A stretch of DNA of 63,837 nucleotides, counting the filler, from Octopus bimaculoides (Eukaryota), in NCBI RefSeq assembly GCF_001194135.2. It is 5 parts of 4 records of this genome, joined end to end, with 100 filler letters (N's around TTAATTAATTAA, not from the genome) between each part and the next. Parts side by side here need not be neighbours in the genome. Positions count along the whole stretch, not along the records: positions 1 to 25,594 come from NC_068992.1; positions 25,695 to 49,771 come from NW_026439247.1; 3 more parts are not named here. One strand, given 5' to 3'. This document shows, piece after piece, positions 13,299 to 26,926 of this stretch (its first letter is position 1; each line of letters begins with the position of its first letter). A model generated the notes under the pieces. That model made no database searches, was not told the origin of the DNA, and worked only from the letters and a program-made list of their open reading frames with translations. A program made the position numbers and the translations under genes.

Positions 13299-15119
13299 GA
13301 GTATGTTATATACGAGGGAGTGCTGAAAGATTCGTGGCCGTAAGGGTAAGTCGGAAGGCCCAATACACACACAAGCACACACACACACATATACTTGTAA
13401 GTATATCTAGAGGGAGAGAACGCGAACGGTGAACTGCTTTAGCTGAAATATTGGTGACAAAGGAATTGATATTTTTGAGTTCCATCTTTCCACACGTTCA
13501 ACAAGATCTTCATATGCCACACTAGTACATATGTGCTTGTGTCTGGTCTTATGTGCTATTGTGGTCAGACACTTGCGTTAACACATTTATACTGTGTCGT
13601 ATGTAATTTATTCATGACCGTGGAGAAACATCAAAGTTTTTTCATTAGTACACTCTCAAGTTCAAATTACATTTTCTATCAATAAATAAGCCAGATTATC
13701 GGTTCCATCTTAAGGAAAAAAAAAACATGCCTTTTGAGTAGATCTTTCACTTTTACGCCAGATATTGCCTGGTCATATACGAAAACATTCTTGTATAGAA
13801 TTAGTTTCAAAATTTGTTTTACTGTAGTCATGATTCCCAAGGAAAATAGCGTTTCTAAAAAATCCTTTGATCTTCACATCAATTTTATTCCCGAGCATGA
13901 GTGTTCTACCATTTTGACGTTATACGACTAGCCCTAAGTATTTCTGTACATATATTTTCCTATCTCTCTGTCGTCATGTCTCATATTATGTGTTTACTAC
14001 CGATTTTTTATCTACCTCACTTCTATCCATTGAAGTTCATAGCGCCTATCACGAAGGTTCATTTTAAATATCACATTTCGTCTGCTTTTATGATATTTTC
14101 GGATATTCAACTTTCTACCAGTTTTCTCTTTTGAAATAAAATATTTTACTCCAGTTTAACATAATGTCGTACAGATGCAAATCACTTTTGGATATTGTGA
14201 TAAATATTTGAAATAGGCATATATATATCTATGTATGTATGTATATATANNNNNNNNNNNNNNNNNNNNNNNNNNNNNNNNNNNNNNNNNNNNNNNNNNN
14301 NNNNNNNNNNNNNNNNNNNNNNNNNNNNNNNNNNNNNNNNNNNNNNNNNNNNNNNNNNNNNNNNNNNNNNNNNNNNNNNNNNNNNNNNNNNNNNNNNNNN
14401 NNNNNNNNNNNNNNNNNNNNNNNNNNNNNNNNNNNNNNNNNNNNNNNNNNNNNNNNNNNNNNNNNNNNNNNNNNNNNNNNNNNNNNNNNNNNNNNNNNNN
14501 NNNNNNNNNNNNNNNNNNNNNNNNNNNNNNNNNNNNNNNNNNNNNNNNNNNNNNNNNNNNNNNNNNNNNNNNNNNNNNNNNNNNNNNNNNNNNNNNNNNN
14601 NNNNNNNNNNNNNNNNNNNNNNNNNNNNNNNNNNNNNNNNNNNNNNNNNNNNNNNNNNNNNNNNNNNNNNNNNNNNNNNNNNNNNNNNNNNNNNNNNNNN
14701 NNNNNNNNNNNNNNNNNNNNNNNNNNNNNNNNNNNNNNNNNNNNNNNNNNNNNNNNNNNNNNNNNNNNNNNNNNNNNNNNNNNNNNNNNNNNNNNNNNNN
14801 NNNNNNNNNNNNNNNNNNNNNNNNNNNNNNNNNNNNNNNNNNNNNNNNNNNNNNNNNNNNNNNNNNNNNNNNNNNNNNNNNNNNNNNNNNNNNNNNNNNN
14901 NNNNNNNNNNNNNNNNNNNNNNNNNNNNNNNNNNNNNNNNNNNNNNNNNNNNNNNNNNNNNNNNNNNNNNNNNNNNNNNTATATATATATACAGAGGGAG
15001 AGAGAGAGAGATCGCTTCGCACCGGATGTGCTCTTTCAGTGATACTCCCACCACCGATCACCCCATAGCTCTTTGGGCAGTTCCCAGCCTCTGTTCCTCT
15101 CTCTTCGTCGCGACCCACG

Positions 15120-15345
15120 TTTCGCTTCCATACTGCTCTCTCTCAAGTCTTCCAGCTATCTCGTCTAGTGTGAACACCGTGTTCTGCAGTAGCTTGGGAT
15201 TGAAGAACCCACAGCTATTTAATGCGTTGCCAAAATATCTAACTCGAGAAGAGTTAGATGTTTTTAAGAGGTCGCAGATGAACCTATATCACAGTAAGTA
15301 ACTCGAAAGAGGGCAGCTGTATTGAACTCCTTCCTTCACTAATAT
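15120..15345 (+). mobile_element. CR1-like LINE 3' remnant
   Basis: Translation SLGLKNPQLFNALPKYL..DVFK resembles the CR1 ORF2 C-terminus (GPxLFNxLP...FK), followed by GATGAACC..GAGGGCAGC. Confidence 0.55.
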
Positions 15346-15426
15346 CGAATCGCAAAAGTATGACCACTGGAAAGGTGATTACACTGGTGGTACACCAGCA
15401 TGGTGATAGACTATGGGCTTAAACAC

Positions 15427-15545
15427 ATAAAGCCCATGGACATGTGGCGTAGTGGTTAAGAGCGCGGGTTACTAACCCCAAGATTCCGTGTTCAATTCCA
15501 GGCAGTGACCTGGATAATGATAATGATAATAATAATAATAAAAAT
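15427..15545 (+). mobile_element. short tRNA-derived SINE with (AAT)n tail
   Basis: TGGCGTAGTGGTTAAGAGCGCGGG..GTTCAATTCCAGGCAGTGACCTGG(ATAAT)n. Confidence 0.75.
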
Positions 15546-17680
15546 AAAATGACTAATTATTAATTAATTAATTTTTACTCTATATCTGTATATNNNNNNN
15601 NNNNNNNNNNNNNNNNNNNNNNNNNNNNNNNNNNNNNNNNNNNNNNNNNNNNNNNNNNNNNNNNNNNNNNNNNNNNNNNNNNNNNNNNNNNNNNNNNNNN
15701 NNNNNNNNNNNNNNNNNNNNNNNNNNNNNNNNNNNNNNNNNNNNNNNNNNNNNNNNNNNNNNNNNNNNNNNNNNNNNNNNNNNNNNNNNNNNNNNNNNNN
15801 NNNNNNNNNNNNNNNNNNNNNNNNNNNNNNNNNNNNNNNNNNNNNNNNNNNNNNNNNNNNNNNNNNNNNNNNNNNNNNNNNNNNNNNNNNNNNNNNNNNN
15901 NNNNNNNNNNNNNNNNNNNNNNNNNNNNNNNNNNNNNNNNNNNNNNNNNNNNNNNNNNNNNNNNNNNNNNNNNNNNNNNNNNNNNNNNNNNNNNNNNNNN
16001 NNNNNNNNNNNNNNNNNNNNNNNNNNNNNNNNNNNNNNNNNNNNNNNNNNNNNNNNNNNNNNNNNNNNNNNNNNNNNNNNNNNNNNNNNNNNNNNNNNNN
16101 NNNNNNNNNNNNNNNNNNNNNNNNNNNNNNNNNNNNNNNNNNNNNNNNNNNNNNNNNNNNGTGTATATGGTTCTGCTAATTATAGCTTAATGGTAAAATT
16201 CAAGAGTCTTCGTTTTGGCGCGCTAATTCCAGGAATATGTCTGCAGAAAATATTTGCTGCGTCGAATATATCCAGTATGAGAACTCGGTAAGGGTTAATA
16301 TATTATTAAAAAATAGGGTAAACAATCATATATTAATTAATATCGATTAATTACCAGGAAGCTAGCACATTTAAAGAATCAAAGAGATTCAGAAACAGTA
16401 TCTCAGGGGATTAAAGTACATTTTTATATATGACGTTGACCACTAACGTGGATATTCAATGTGCTAGAAATAGATCACATCTTGTGTCTAATAAGACCTA
16501 AATTGTTCTCAACATGAAATATAGCGTGATATCAAAACATAAGCGGGCAAGACATTTAAGATCACCCCAAAAAATTATTATTAAACAGGGACCGGTTTCA
16601 AAATTGAACAATCTTACCGACTGTCTATTTCTCTTCAGCCTGATTTGTAATGCAACCATAATCATCAGAACCCCATACAAAGTTGAAGTATATATACATT
16701 TATGTGTGTGTGTGTGCATTTATGTGTATATGTGTGTGTGAATCTATTTGGATGTGTGTATGTGTGTATATTTGCGTGTATACGCATGTATATATTTATA
16801 TGTTCATATATGTCTGTAAATATCTCTGGACTCATTTTAAAACACATTCTGATCTTATGGCCATATGTTTTCTGTTCTGGTCTGTCTATTATCTATCAAC
16901 ACTCTTTTCAACCCTTCCCTCCCACCTCCATTGTTTTATCAGCACTCTCACACATACGCACAAAGTATAGCTCCTACTTCTTCTACCCCAACCTGCTCAC
17001 TCCGGCCAAATCTAATCTTGAAAAGCCTTAATGATTCTCTGAATTGTGTTGATATCTTGTTCTCAATGCATTTCTTTTCCCTCTTCTCTCCTTCACTCTT
17101 CGTCTCTCCCTTATCATATATGGATGTGCGAGAATATACATGTACATGCGTGTATGTGTGTTTATATCTCGTCTGACTATACATTTTTACTGATTGAGCT
17201 CTACGCATGCGTATAATCATCAGTAATCACATTTTGTAAAATTAAACTTCTTTAAATTTTGGGACGAGTCCATGGACGTCAGCCCCGACATGTGTGTTTT
17301 CATTGGTACTCCGCTTCTTGTGTATATGTAAAATTGTGTTTTCTCAAATAACTTGCACTTAATGTTTGAGGCTCCGATGAAGCTAAAGGGTATTACTGGG
17401 GCATTCAACTGCAGATCCAACGTATGTTAGCGGAAACAACTGCAAGTAAATAAAGTTCATTAGACAATAGATTATTACTTTGTAATCTCATTCTCTTGTA
17501 TATCCATACATGCACATGCACACGTACACGCGCACACAAACATACGCCCACGTACATATAAATACATATTCACACATACCATAGTAAGCACATAAAATTG
17601 AATCAATGTGGAAAAATGGTACTCGAATACCGGAAGTAGAGTAATACGCTTTATTAATAAAGCTGTAAAGATATCACAGT

Positions 17681-17722
17681 AACTGTTACTCAGAGTTTCA
17701 CGTTCCCGTCCGTCAGAAAGTT
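17681..17722 (-). ncRNA. type-I hammerhead motif, left member of a head-to-head pair
   Basis: Minus strand reads AACTTT-CTGACGG-ACG GGAA CGT-GAA-ACT CTG AGT-A-ACAGTT: stem I 5/6, A9G, GUA site. Confidence 0.65.
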
Positions 17723-17725
17723 TTG

Positions 17726-17765
17726 GTCGTCAAACGAACAGGAACGTTAAACTCTGAGTAACAAC
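17726..17765 (+). ncRNA. degenerate type-I hammerhead motif, right member of the pair
   Basis: GTCGT-CAAACGA-ACA GGAA CGT-TAA-ACT CTG AGT-A-ACAAC: same family as the left member, core mutated. Confidence 0.5.
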
Positions 17766-17835
17766 TTTTGTGATGTCTCTGCACAACATTCCTCCATGGC
17801 AAGATTTAATTTGTGTATACAAATTTAATTTGCGG

Positions 17836-17894
17836 TCGATGAGAAGAGCTGTTTTAACGATGCGTCCTGCCTAGCTCTTCGAAACACCGGTGTT
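17836..17894 (+). ncRNA. hammerhead-like motif with a 10-bp palindromic stem III
   Basis: TCGATGA, perfect stem II GAAGAGCT/AGCTCTTC, GAA, ACACCGGTGT, T. Stem I is not evident. Confidence 0.55.
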
Positions 17895-18540
17895 AAAAAG
17901 GAGGTAGCTGATGAAGTAGAATGTTCTGTATGTGGCTTGTGTGTTTTCTCGTCCCTGTTTTGTTTGCAATGTCCTGTACCCAGATATGCACCTATACATA
18001 CAGGTGGATGTCGGTATGCACATACCTGTACGTATATATGCATATACTCATTTACTATTTGTTTATATATNNNNNNNNNNNNNNNNNNNNNNNNNNNNNN
18101 NNNNNNNNNNNNNNNNNNNNNNNNNNNNNNNNNNNNNNNNNNNNNNNNNNNNNNNNNNNNNNNNNNNNNNNNNNNNNNNNNNNNNNNNNNNNNNNNNNNN
18201 NNNNNNNNNNNNNNNNNNNNNNNNNNNNNNNNNNNNNNNNNNNNNNNNNNNNNNNNNNNNNNNNNNNNNNNNNNNNNNNNNNNNNNNNNNNNNNNNNNNN
18301 NNNNNNNNNNNNNNNNNNNNNNNNNNNNNNNNNNNNNNNNNNNNNNNNNNNNNNNNNNNNNNNNNNNNNNNNNNNNNNNNNNNNNNNNNNNNNNNNNNNN
18401 NNNNNNNNNNNNNNNNNNNNNNNNNNNNNNNNNNNNNNNNNNNNNNNNNNNNNNNNNNNNNNNNNNNNNNNNNNNNNNNNNNNNNNNNNNNNNNNNNNNN
18501 NNNNNNNNNNNNNNNNNNNNNNNNNNNNNNNNNNNNNNNN

Positions 18541-18777
18541 TTCTCGCAGGTGTCGGATTCTGGCTGTTATTTCGTGGTGAACAATTCACACAAATAGGGT
18601 TGAGAAGCTGCGGTTGCTTGTGTACGTGGCGCTAAGCATTTCGCCCGGCGTACTAACGTTTCTGCCACGCCGGGCGAAATGCTTAGCGCCACGTACACAA
18701 GCAACCGCAGCTTCTCAACCCTATTTGTGTGAATTGTTCACCACGAAATAACAGCCAGAATCCGACACCTGCGAGAA
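18541..18777. repeat. perfect 111-bp inverted repeat with 15-nt spacer
   Basis: 18541-18651 is the exact reverse complement of 18667-18777; the centre is a SINE-B head fragment. Confidence 0.95.
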
Positions 18778-21756
18778 ACCATCTGTATCAAGTAGCCCGG
18801 CCCGGCATAGAAGCCTCAACTGCTCGACATGTGACTTAGCACTTCCTCAACGCCTCAACCTCTTATATACAGACTTTCTAAATCTTGTATAACTCTTCAA
18901 CGAAAACATAAAAAACAGACTTAGTCGCAACTCTTTTAAATAAAATAATATATATATATATATTGTACGAAACAATAACACTGATATAATTTGCAATTAC
19001 ACTCTGTTATCTTTGCCGTAAACAAATACAACGCATCGGATAGATATATAAAGTATATATACATGCATACATACATACATACATACATACATACATACAT
19101 GCATACATACATACATACATACGTACGTACAATGATCGGTTTTCTTTTCGTAAACGACGAATAAGAGTTCAGTAAAATAATGCATCAATCATGTTCTATG
19201 GACACGAATGTGTACCTTGAGGCCTGCTTATGCCTTGCAAATTTTTGGCAAATGGAAAAAGTTGATGACTCACTTTGCCTGAGAGCGAAACCACACATTG
19301 GTTTGTGGAGTGGATGCTAAGGCATTCTTTGCACCGGTCCACCAATCCACAGTGATAGGTAAGTTCTCCATCTAGAGGTGCAGCGTTTTCCCATCATGCT
19401 GTTATACTTGCATGAATTTGATCTCCATGTTGGAATCGACTTTGTCCTAATCTTTGAAATGAAGAGAAGCAGGCATAGCCTAACATAATTCAACAATTGA
19501 GCCGTTTCATACGCAAAGACTGCATCTTATATCAAAATACATAAAAGAGAAGGTGGCGTTCTAGAATGTAATAACTCAACAGACTGGGTTATTAAGATTC
19601 TAATATAGTCATACTTTTACAAAGTGGATTTTGATGAAAGGTTATTCTAATTTAATAATGAATTTGAAGCGTGTAGGCAGCTGTCGCAGAACAACGCACA
19701 TATAGACGGTGACACACACATATACACACAACTGCACAAACGCAACTTCACACACACACAGCTACGTGCACATATCATTATGTTTGGGTAGTATTCAAAG
19801 ACACAAAAGTATATTTAACATTTGCATTTTGCTGAGTTCTCAAGGCCAGATATACATAAAGGAGAAGCAATTGAGATTTTTCAAAGAAAATATATAACCT
19901 GCTATTAGTAGTACAAACATGCTATGACTTCATTTGAGTTCGAAAACAATTTTTCACTTCATATTTTTTTCTATTTTCCTAGAAGCTACCTTTAAATGAA
20001 TTAAATATTTTCCTTTGTTATCTTACAACATTTTCAAATATGGTTTTATAAATGGAATTGCACTCATTACACAAGCAAAATGAAATATTTGAAACAATGG
20101 AATATTGAACTATTCCTTAGAACAACCATCATATTTGGTAAGAATGAATATAACGTATCACACATGAAGCAATGTGTGATTGGCATATATTTTAATTATC
20201 CAGAGAAAACGAAAAGCAAAGTAAGTATTACACTTGTAAGAAGTGCCGGAAAGTTTAAGCTGATGTATTCTGTGGAGGTTTAAAATGAAAAAATATAAAA
20301 GAACGCAACACAGTAATATGTTGCTGCATAATTGCTTTTACAATTTAATGTTTTTCTGGGAAACATATAACTGTTAACCTTATTTATTTTTCTCATCTTG
20401 GTGGTCATCAATGTAGAATGAAGTATTAATGAAGAGGAGATAAGCTATACGTGAAACACTTGTATATGTCTCACCTTTCCTCCTTTTTAATACACACCCA
20501 TATATGTATATATAAGCATAAGTGCTCACACACAAAGACATCCACATACAATCACAAACGCACAGACAGACGCACACACAGACGCACACACACACATACA
20601 CATATGTATATTTATATATATACGAGCAACAAAAAAATAATTGGGAAGCCTGGTAGGAAGTTACCTAGAGCAAAGTGAGAGGTGTTACAGTAAAAAAACC
20701 GGAGTAAATAATTGTGACTAATACACTAATTAAGAAATTCCCAATGTGTGTGTATGTGTGTGTATGTGTGTGTGTATGTGTATGTGTGTGTGGGTATGTA
20801 GGTGTGTATTCAAACACACACATGTAAGATAAATATTTATATATATTTTCATTTATCTGTGTATAAATGTATGTGTGTGCGTGTATATGAATGTATGTGT
20901 GCGTGTATACATGTATATGTGTATGTGTAAATGTAATTCTGTATGTATGGGGTGGGGTACATGATGTATGCATGTTTTTATATCCCTAGATATTTGAATT
21001 CTTAAATCTACACATTGTCTATGTGTTAAATGAAAATTCATAATAATCGACACAAAAATTGCATCTCAAAACAATTAAGTGTTGACAAGAAGCAGGAAGA
21101 AGAAGAAGAAGAAGAAGAAGAAGAAGAAGAAGAAGAAGAAGAAGAAGAAGAAGAAGAAGAAGAAGAAGAAGAAGAAGAATCACAGCATCAAATATTATTA
21201 CGGCAACATGAGTAAAAATAACCTTAATAGACGCGAATCAAGAGATAAATTGATGCAAATTAGTGGAGAAAAGCAATGAATCCATCAAATATAAATGAAC
21301 CTTAAATGATACCTTTATGGCTGAAGATGTCAATTTACAACCGGTTCTCTGGAGAGATCGTACCGATTTTTAACACCACACTGAAGGAAATGTTCAACAC
21401 TTCATCGAAATTAATGGCATTCGTTCAAAGTAATTTTCCAAGGCTTCGTGCCAGTAAGTTAGTCCAAACAGATATTTAGAGAACTGATGTAAGTATTACA
21501 GCCTTTCTCTCTGCTTGAAAAATAAGGAAAGATTTAACTCTTCATCCAATAATGCGTTAGTCCTTATTTTCATGCCAATATATTTTTCAATAATGACCAT
21601 TGGGAAGACATTTACAGCAAACTATATAAATCAGAAGTGTATATATATTTGCATACAAAAGCAAACCTAACAACACACGTGCGCGTGCATTGAACTCATT
21701 ATGCTTGAATGTATATATAGTGCATGTATCTCTCTCTCTCTCTCACACTCTATCTC

Positions 21757-21798
<42 letters not shown>

Positions 21799-22364
21799 NN
21801 NNNNNNNNNNNNNNNNNNNNNNNNNNNNNNNNNNNNNNNNNNNNNNNNNNNNNNNNNNNNNNNNNNNNNNNNNNNNNTATATTAAGTATATGATTTAACG
21901 TATTAAACACAGTTCAATAAATTCTTCCATATTTATGTAATGGATGAGATTAGATGTTAAAATGGATTATAGTTTGTATTTCTCATGTTGCTATACAATT
22001 TGTATTATACAAAAAGACTCAGATTTTCATGAGAGAATATCGTAATTGTCATATTTGAACTTGTCAGAGGCTGGTATAAAAACAAAGAAAGAACGTCGGA
22101 AGTACATTATCGTATTGGATTAATGTATTCGGTCTCGCAGTCATGCCTATTTGAATCAAGACTAAGAAATATATAAGTGGGCGCTAATATATGTAATATT
22201 ATAAGCTGACATTCTCTCTATGAATTCCTATATGTGTGTCTATTTAGATCTCCTTAAATTAATTATATTACTGGAGTGTCTGTATTTGTATGTACGACGA
22301 GGAATCCAAATAAGGATGTGAATGAATTTTCAAATAAAAGTTTAGTTTTGCTTAAATGTCACAA

Positions 22365-22455
22365 GATCTCAAAAGGCGAAGTCGAGCTCGGCAGAAATTG
22401 AACTCCACGGACGAAACACTGCTAAGCATTCAGCCCGGCGTGCTAACGGTTCTGC
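22365..22455 (-). mobile_element. SINE family B, 5' fragment
   Basis: GGCAGAAATTGAACTC..GCTAAGCATTCAGCCCGGCGTGCTAACGGTTCTGCC. Confidence 0.65.
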
Positions 22456-23049
22456 CAACTCACCACCGATTTTCTGTTCTTTCCACATAGTGATAGACAT
22501 TTCAGATTGAATAACTTACGAGCCACGAATAGGTAATTTTCTTGAGCGTGTGACAAGAAAATGTGTGGTATTAATGGAAAACAGATTTTGGGTTCAAATC
22601 TTGCCAGGCTAGACCTTGCCGTTATTTATTTTCTAATTCATAACAATGTGCTTGAATCAAGAATTGATGACGATTTTAAGTATTTCTGCATATTAAATAA
22701 GCAACTGAAAACTTTCTGTGTCAAGATTTTGAAGGAAATAGAAAATTTAACGTAGATCTATAGCCTGCGAACTATTATAAAGATTAGAAAGGAAAGAAAT
22801 GCACGTCAATGATATACGGAACTCAGGATTTCACACTTTCATAAAGGAAAAGGTGACTGACTGAATTTCAAGCGAAATATGGATTATAAGACTTGTTGCA
22901 TCAGGTAATTAATCTAAATTTAGCGCTAGAGAACCAGCGACCGATGTATAAAAAATACAAGTGGAGACATGTTATTGTTTATTAATTAAAATTATTGGCT
23001 GAGTCTAAATTGATGCTTAATTGCTCCTTAGTTAATACTTAAATATTAT

Positions 23050-23268
23050 GGCAGAGAGCTGGCAGAATCGTTAGCATGCCGGGATAAATACTTAACGGTA
23101 TTTCGTCTGTCTTTACGATCTGAGTTCAAATTCCGCCAAGGTCGACTTTGCCTTTCATCCTTTCGGAGTCGATAAATATAGTACCACTTGCATACTGCGG
23201 TCGATCAGATCGACTGGCTCCCCCCCCCCAAAAAAAAAATTTCGGACCTTGTGCCTAGAGTAGAAGAG
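23050..23268 (+). mobile_element. SINE family B with 16-bp TSD
   Basis: TSD AATACTTAAATATTAT at 23034-23049 and 23269-23284; B-box GAGTTCAAATTCC. Confidence 0.88.
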
Positions 23269-23692
23269 AATACTTAAATATTATCAAATGTCATCAGGGG
23301 CGAAACGTATGTATTTATTGTGCTTCTACTTAACGATTTTAAACTTTGTTAGAATGCTAGATTGAGGTATTCTTCACATTTTATCCGCTAGGAATGTAAT
23401 GCATTTGAAACCAAGAAACCCATACGTATGCACAGAACATGTAGGCCATAAGCTATGTTTTACCTAAGCATATGATTCTTCTGGCTAGGCAATTAATTTA
23501 TATCGAAATTCCCGAGAATTTCGCTCACGCGAATTAACCAAAATGATTGTAAAAATATCACTATTAGGGCATTAAACAATTAATAATAAAACCATTGTCA
23601 AAAATATAATGTATGCAGTTTAATTATGGTGGAAAAGAATTCCACACCGTTTCACCATGGAAATAACTTTTCACATATAAATTATATAAATA

Positions 23693-24077
23693 TGGTGGAG
23701 GCGCAAATGCCCAGTGATTCGGGTAGTGGACTCGCGGTCGTAGGATCGCGGTTTTGATACCGAGACTGGCCGTTGTAAGTGTTTATTGAACGAACACAAC
23801 CAAAAGATCCACGAGGCTCCGGCAAGGGATGGTGGCGAATCCTTCGGTACTCTTTCACTACAAATTTCTCTCACTCTTTCTTCCTGTTTGTGTTGTACCT
23901 ATATTTCAAAAGGCCAGCCTTGTCACACACTGTATCACGCTGAATGTTCCCGAAAACTACATTAAGTGTAGACGTGTCCGTGGAGTGCTCTGCAACTTGC
24001 ACGTAAATTTTGCGAGCAGACTGTTCCGTTGATCAGATCAACTGGAACCCTCGTCGTCGTAACCGACGGAGTGCCGC
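23693..24077 (+). mobile_element. SINE family C
   Basis: Colinear with 9091-9484. Confidence 0.85.
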
Positions 24078-25186
24078 GACATAAAAATGCAACGTGAACT
24101 ATAGAAGCTATAGAGCAGAGAGACAAAACCGTTCTTAATTAAATCGTATCAATACATCATTGTATTAACTAAGTACATACGTAGAATGCCAAGCATATTA
24201 CCAATTTATAAAACCCTCTTAAATGCGCGTTTCTTTAGCATCCTGCTCTGTAGGTAAGTTGTTCCTCAAAATCTTAGTATGAAATTTCATTTTACAAAAT
24301 TTTAAAACCACGCAAAACTTTTTTTCAAGATTATTTCACAAATCAGTTCATTTACTTAGTGCAAATCTGTTGTGATTTACACACACACAATAAGAGAGTA
24401 TGCATCTGAATATGTCTTACTGCCTGCGTTAAGAAAATCTTGCTAAATGTTAAAATAATTGAATAAAACAATACTGCAAATCTCCCCTGTTTGAAATGCT
24501 AATCTCCCCTGTTTGCAGACTTAAGGACACAAAATGCTTGCGTCATGTAGCCAACTACAAACGGTGCTTCTTGCGGCTAAATAGCAATAGCATTCTTCCC
24601 TTTCCTGCGACTGCCACAAATGTTTGAATTTCTTTCACTATACATAACTATAATCACCCCAGATTTATGTTGCTAAAATGACGGGATAGACTACAATGCA
24701 CCGAAAGAGAAAAAGCAGAAATTACGAAACGTATACTAGAGAAAACACTTTGAAAATGTAATAACGATGCCAAAATGAATTAGGTAAAATAGTGATGCAG
24801 AGAGATATAAAACCTATTGAAAAGTGGGGAAGATTTTAACACGAAATATAAAGAAGAACAGGAAAACACTACATAATTGTTCGATTTATTTGTAATTATA
24901 AAATATACACATTAACTACATGATTCCTATCCACAGAAAAAAATAATAATTGGTAGAATAGCTAAATGTTATTACTTTAACTACTTAGGTAAAACAGTAT
25001 TACCGTAGTATTTAAAGCAAGATTTAATTCTGGCATATCAGCCACCGAACTAAGAACACATTAGATCTGACTTGTTCTTGCTTTAGGGGAAAAGATATAT
25101 AGATATTCCTTACATTACGCAACTCACAGATAAACAGAAACGCGTGAGAAGTATACACATAGACAAAAAAAACATGCATATACATA

Positions 25187-25239
<53 letters not shown>

Positions 25240-25532
25240 TCGTGTGCATGTGTGTGTGCGTGCATGTGTACGCATATATGTGTGCTTATTCGTTAATGCG
25301 TGATAAATTTACCAAAGCAGCTTCGCATAAAGCAGAATTGAAATGTGAACAAATACATTTCTTTATCTCAAACTAAATAAGTAATGGCGCCTCGGATCAT
25401 ATCACCTCAGTATTTTGCCGAGGATATTCTGACAATTAAAGCAAATTATTACATCAGCAACCAATGCTCCGCTAGCAGCTTTACACATACAAACTGAAAA
25501 TGATACACATACACTAATACATAAACTATAAT

Positions 25533-25594
<62 letters not shown>

Positions 25595-26211
25595 NNNNNN
25601 NNNNNNNNNNNNNNNNNNNNNNNNNNNNNNNNNNNNNNTTAATTAATTAANNNNNNNNNNNNNNNNNNNNNNNNNNNNNNNNNNNNNNNNNNNNTTCCAC
25701 TCACCTTGGACTAACAGCCACATGCCTTAGTACTTTATTAACCATATCATTCAACCAAATCATTCCCAATTTACAGTGTATTCAGAAATTATTTTTACAT
25801 CTTACAATTTATTGTATCGTCTTGATGTGTTGCATTCGATCAATGGAGCTCAAGTGGAAGTGTTCTGATGTTTCTAATAAAACTTTGTGTTTGCCAATAA
25901 ACTCTGCTGAGTTATCCTTTATTTTTCAATTTTTTTTCCTGAATTCTTCAAATAGTAAAATTAATTTATGGACAAATGTAGTAATATCTTTTTAAAATCT
26001 AAACTTATCTAAATCTAAATATATTTTTTCATTGCTTTTTTGGATAGGGAGATCGAGTAAATAATAGATTACTGACAAAATGCATTACAGTATTTATCCT
26101 TGTTCCACTAGATTATAAGTTCAAATCACACTCAGGTTCATGATTGTGTAGATTCTCTGAAATTGATGAAATATCAACACGATTGACCATATTTTTTCAT
26201 TAATTTTTCAG

Positions 26212-26354
26212 TTCTCCAAGAACAAGTCTATATATGGCATCACCAAAGTGTCTGCCATTTACTGGTATCTGGCAAAAGCCAGACATTTCTCAGTGTTACG
26301 ATATGACTATCACTCAACAACTAAAGAACATCATTAACGAAGGTATCGATATAG
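26212..26354 (+). CDS. adhesion GPCR, first visible exon (HormR domain C-terminal half)
   Basis: Acceptor TTTTTCAG, donor GTGAGT. Encodes SPRTSLYMASPKCLPFTGIWQKPDISQCYDMTITQQLKNIINEGIDI (C-x5-W-x2-PD-x-S-x-C HormR pattern). Phase 2 in, phase 1 out. Confidence 0.8.
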
Positions 26355-26463
26355 GTGAGTGAGCCATTGTGTTTCGAAATACTCTTACAATAGTAGTTGT
26401 AGTAGTAGAAGGAGGAGGAGGAAGATGAGGTGGAGGATTACAAACAATAGTGTAGCTCTAGAT

Positions 26464-26926
26464 CAGGGGTTCCTGAACTTTTTTCTGTGAGCCACATTTT
26501 CAGAATGAAAATTTGCTCATGCCTCACCAAAAGTTCAGAGAGAGGGTTAAAGGAAGATAACTGCAAGTTTGAAGTTGGAGCATTATCATTGATAACCCTC
26601 TCCTCCAATTTGCTATATTTACTAGTTACTATATTCTTAATGCTTGACATAATGCAAAAATATCACAATGATAAAATCAGTCAATAATTATTTATAATTG
26701 TTTATACTGGGACTTATGCATGCAATCACAGGTAATCCATAATAATCCACAAGTAATCCACAGGTAATCCATAATAACATTTTAAATTCTGAAATCGTAT
26801 CTATGTTTGGCATGTTAATTTTTTTAAACTGTTTCTAAATCTTTCATTGTCTTTAACCATTCCGTCTCACCTGCTATCCTCTTCTGCCATGCCTGTGAGG
26901 CACCCTACACCGTTTGAGAACCAATG
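26464..26926. mobile_element. hAT (Charlie-like) MITE
   Basis: Imperfect TIRs CAGGGGTTCCTGAAC / GTTTGAGAACCAATG; perfect 8-bp TSD CTCTAGAT at 26456-26463 and 26927-26934. Confidence 0.88.

Noticed and set aside
19260-19310. TTGATGA...GAAACC...GGTT hammerhead-like string
   Set aside because: No stem I and stem II is out of register.
19200-19365. Candidate upstream aGPCR exons near GTAAGT sites (19357, 20220, 21453)
   Set aside because: Frames contain stops or give the wrong phase for the phase-2 acceptor at 26212.
23285-23310. TCATCAG next to GCGAAACG
   Set aside because: Core halves are on opposite strands and in the wrong order.
25639-25650. TTAATTAATTAA island inside N runs (also 49816-49827, 57899-57910, 62725-62736)
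   Set aside because: At 25595-25694 it is 44 N + 12 nt + 44 N, and the others look the same. It gives stops in all six frames, so it is a scaffolding linker and not biology.
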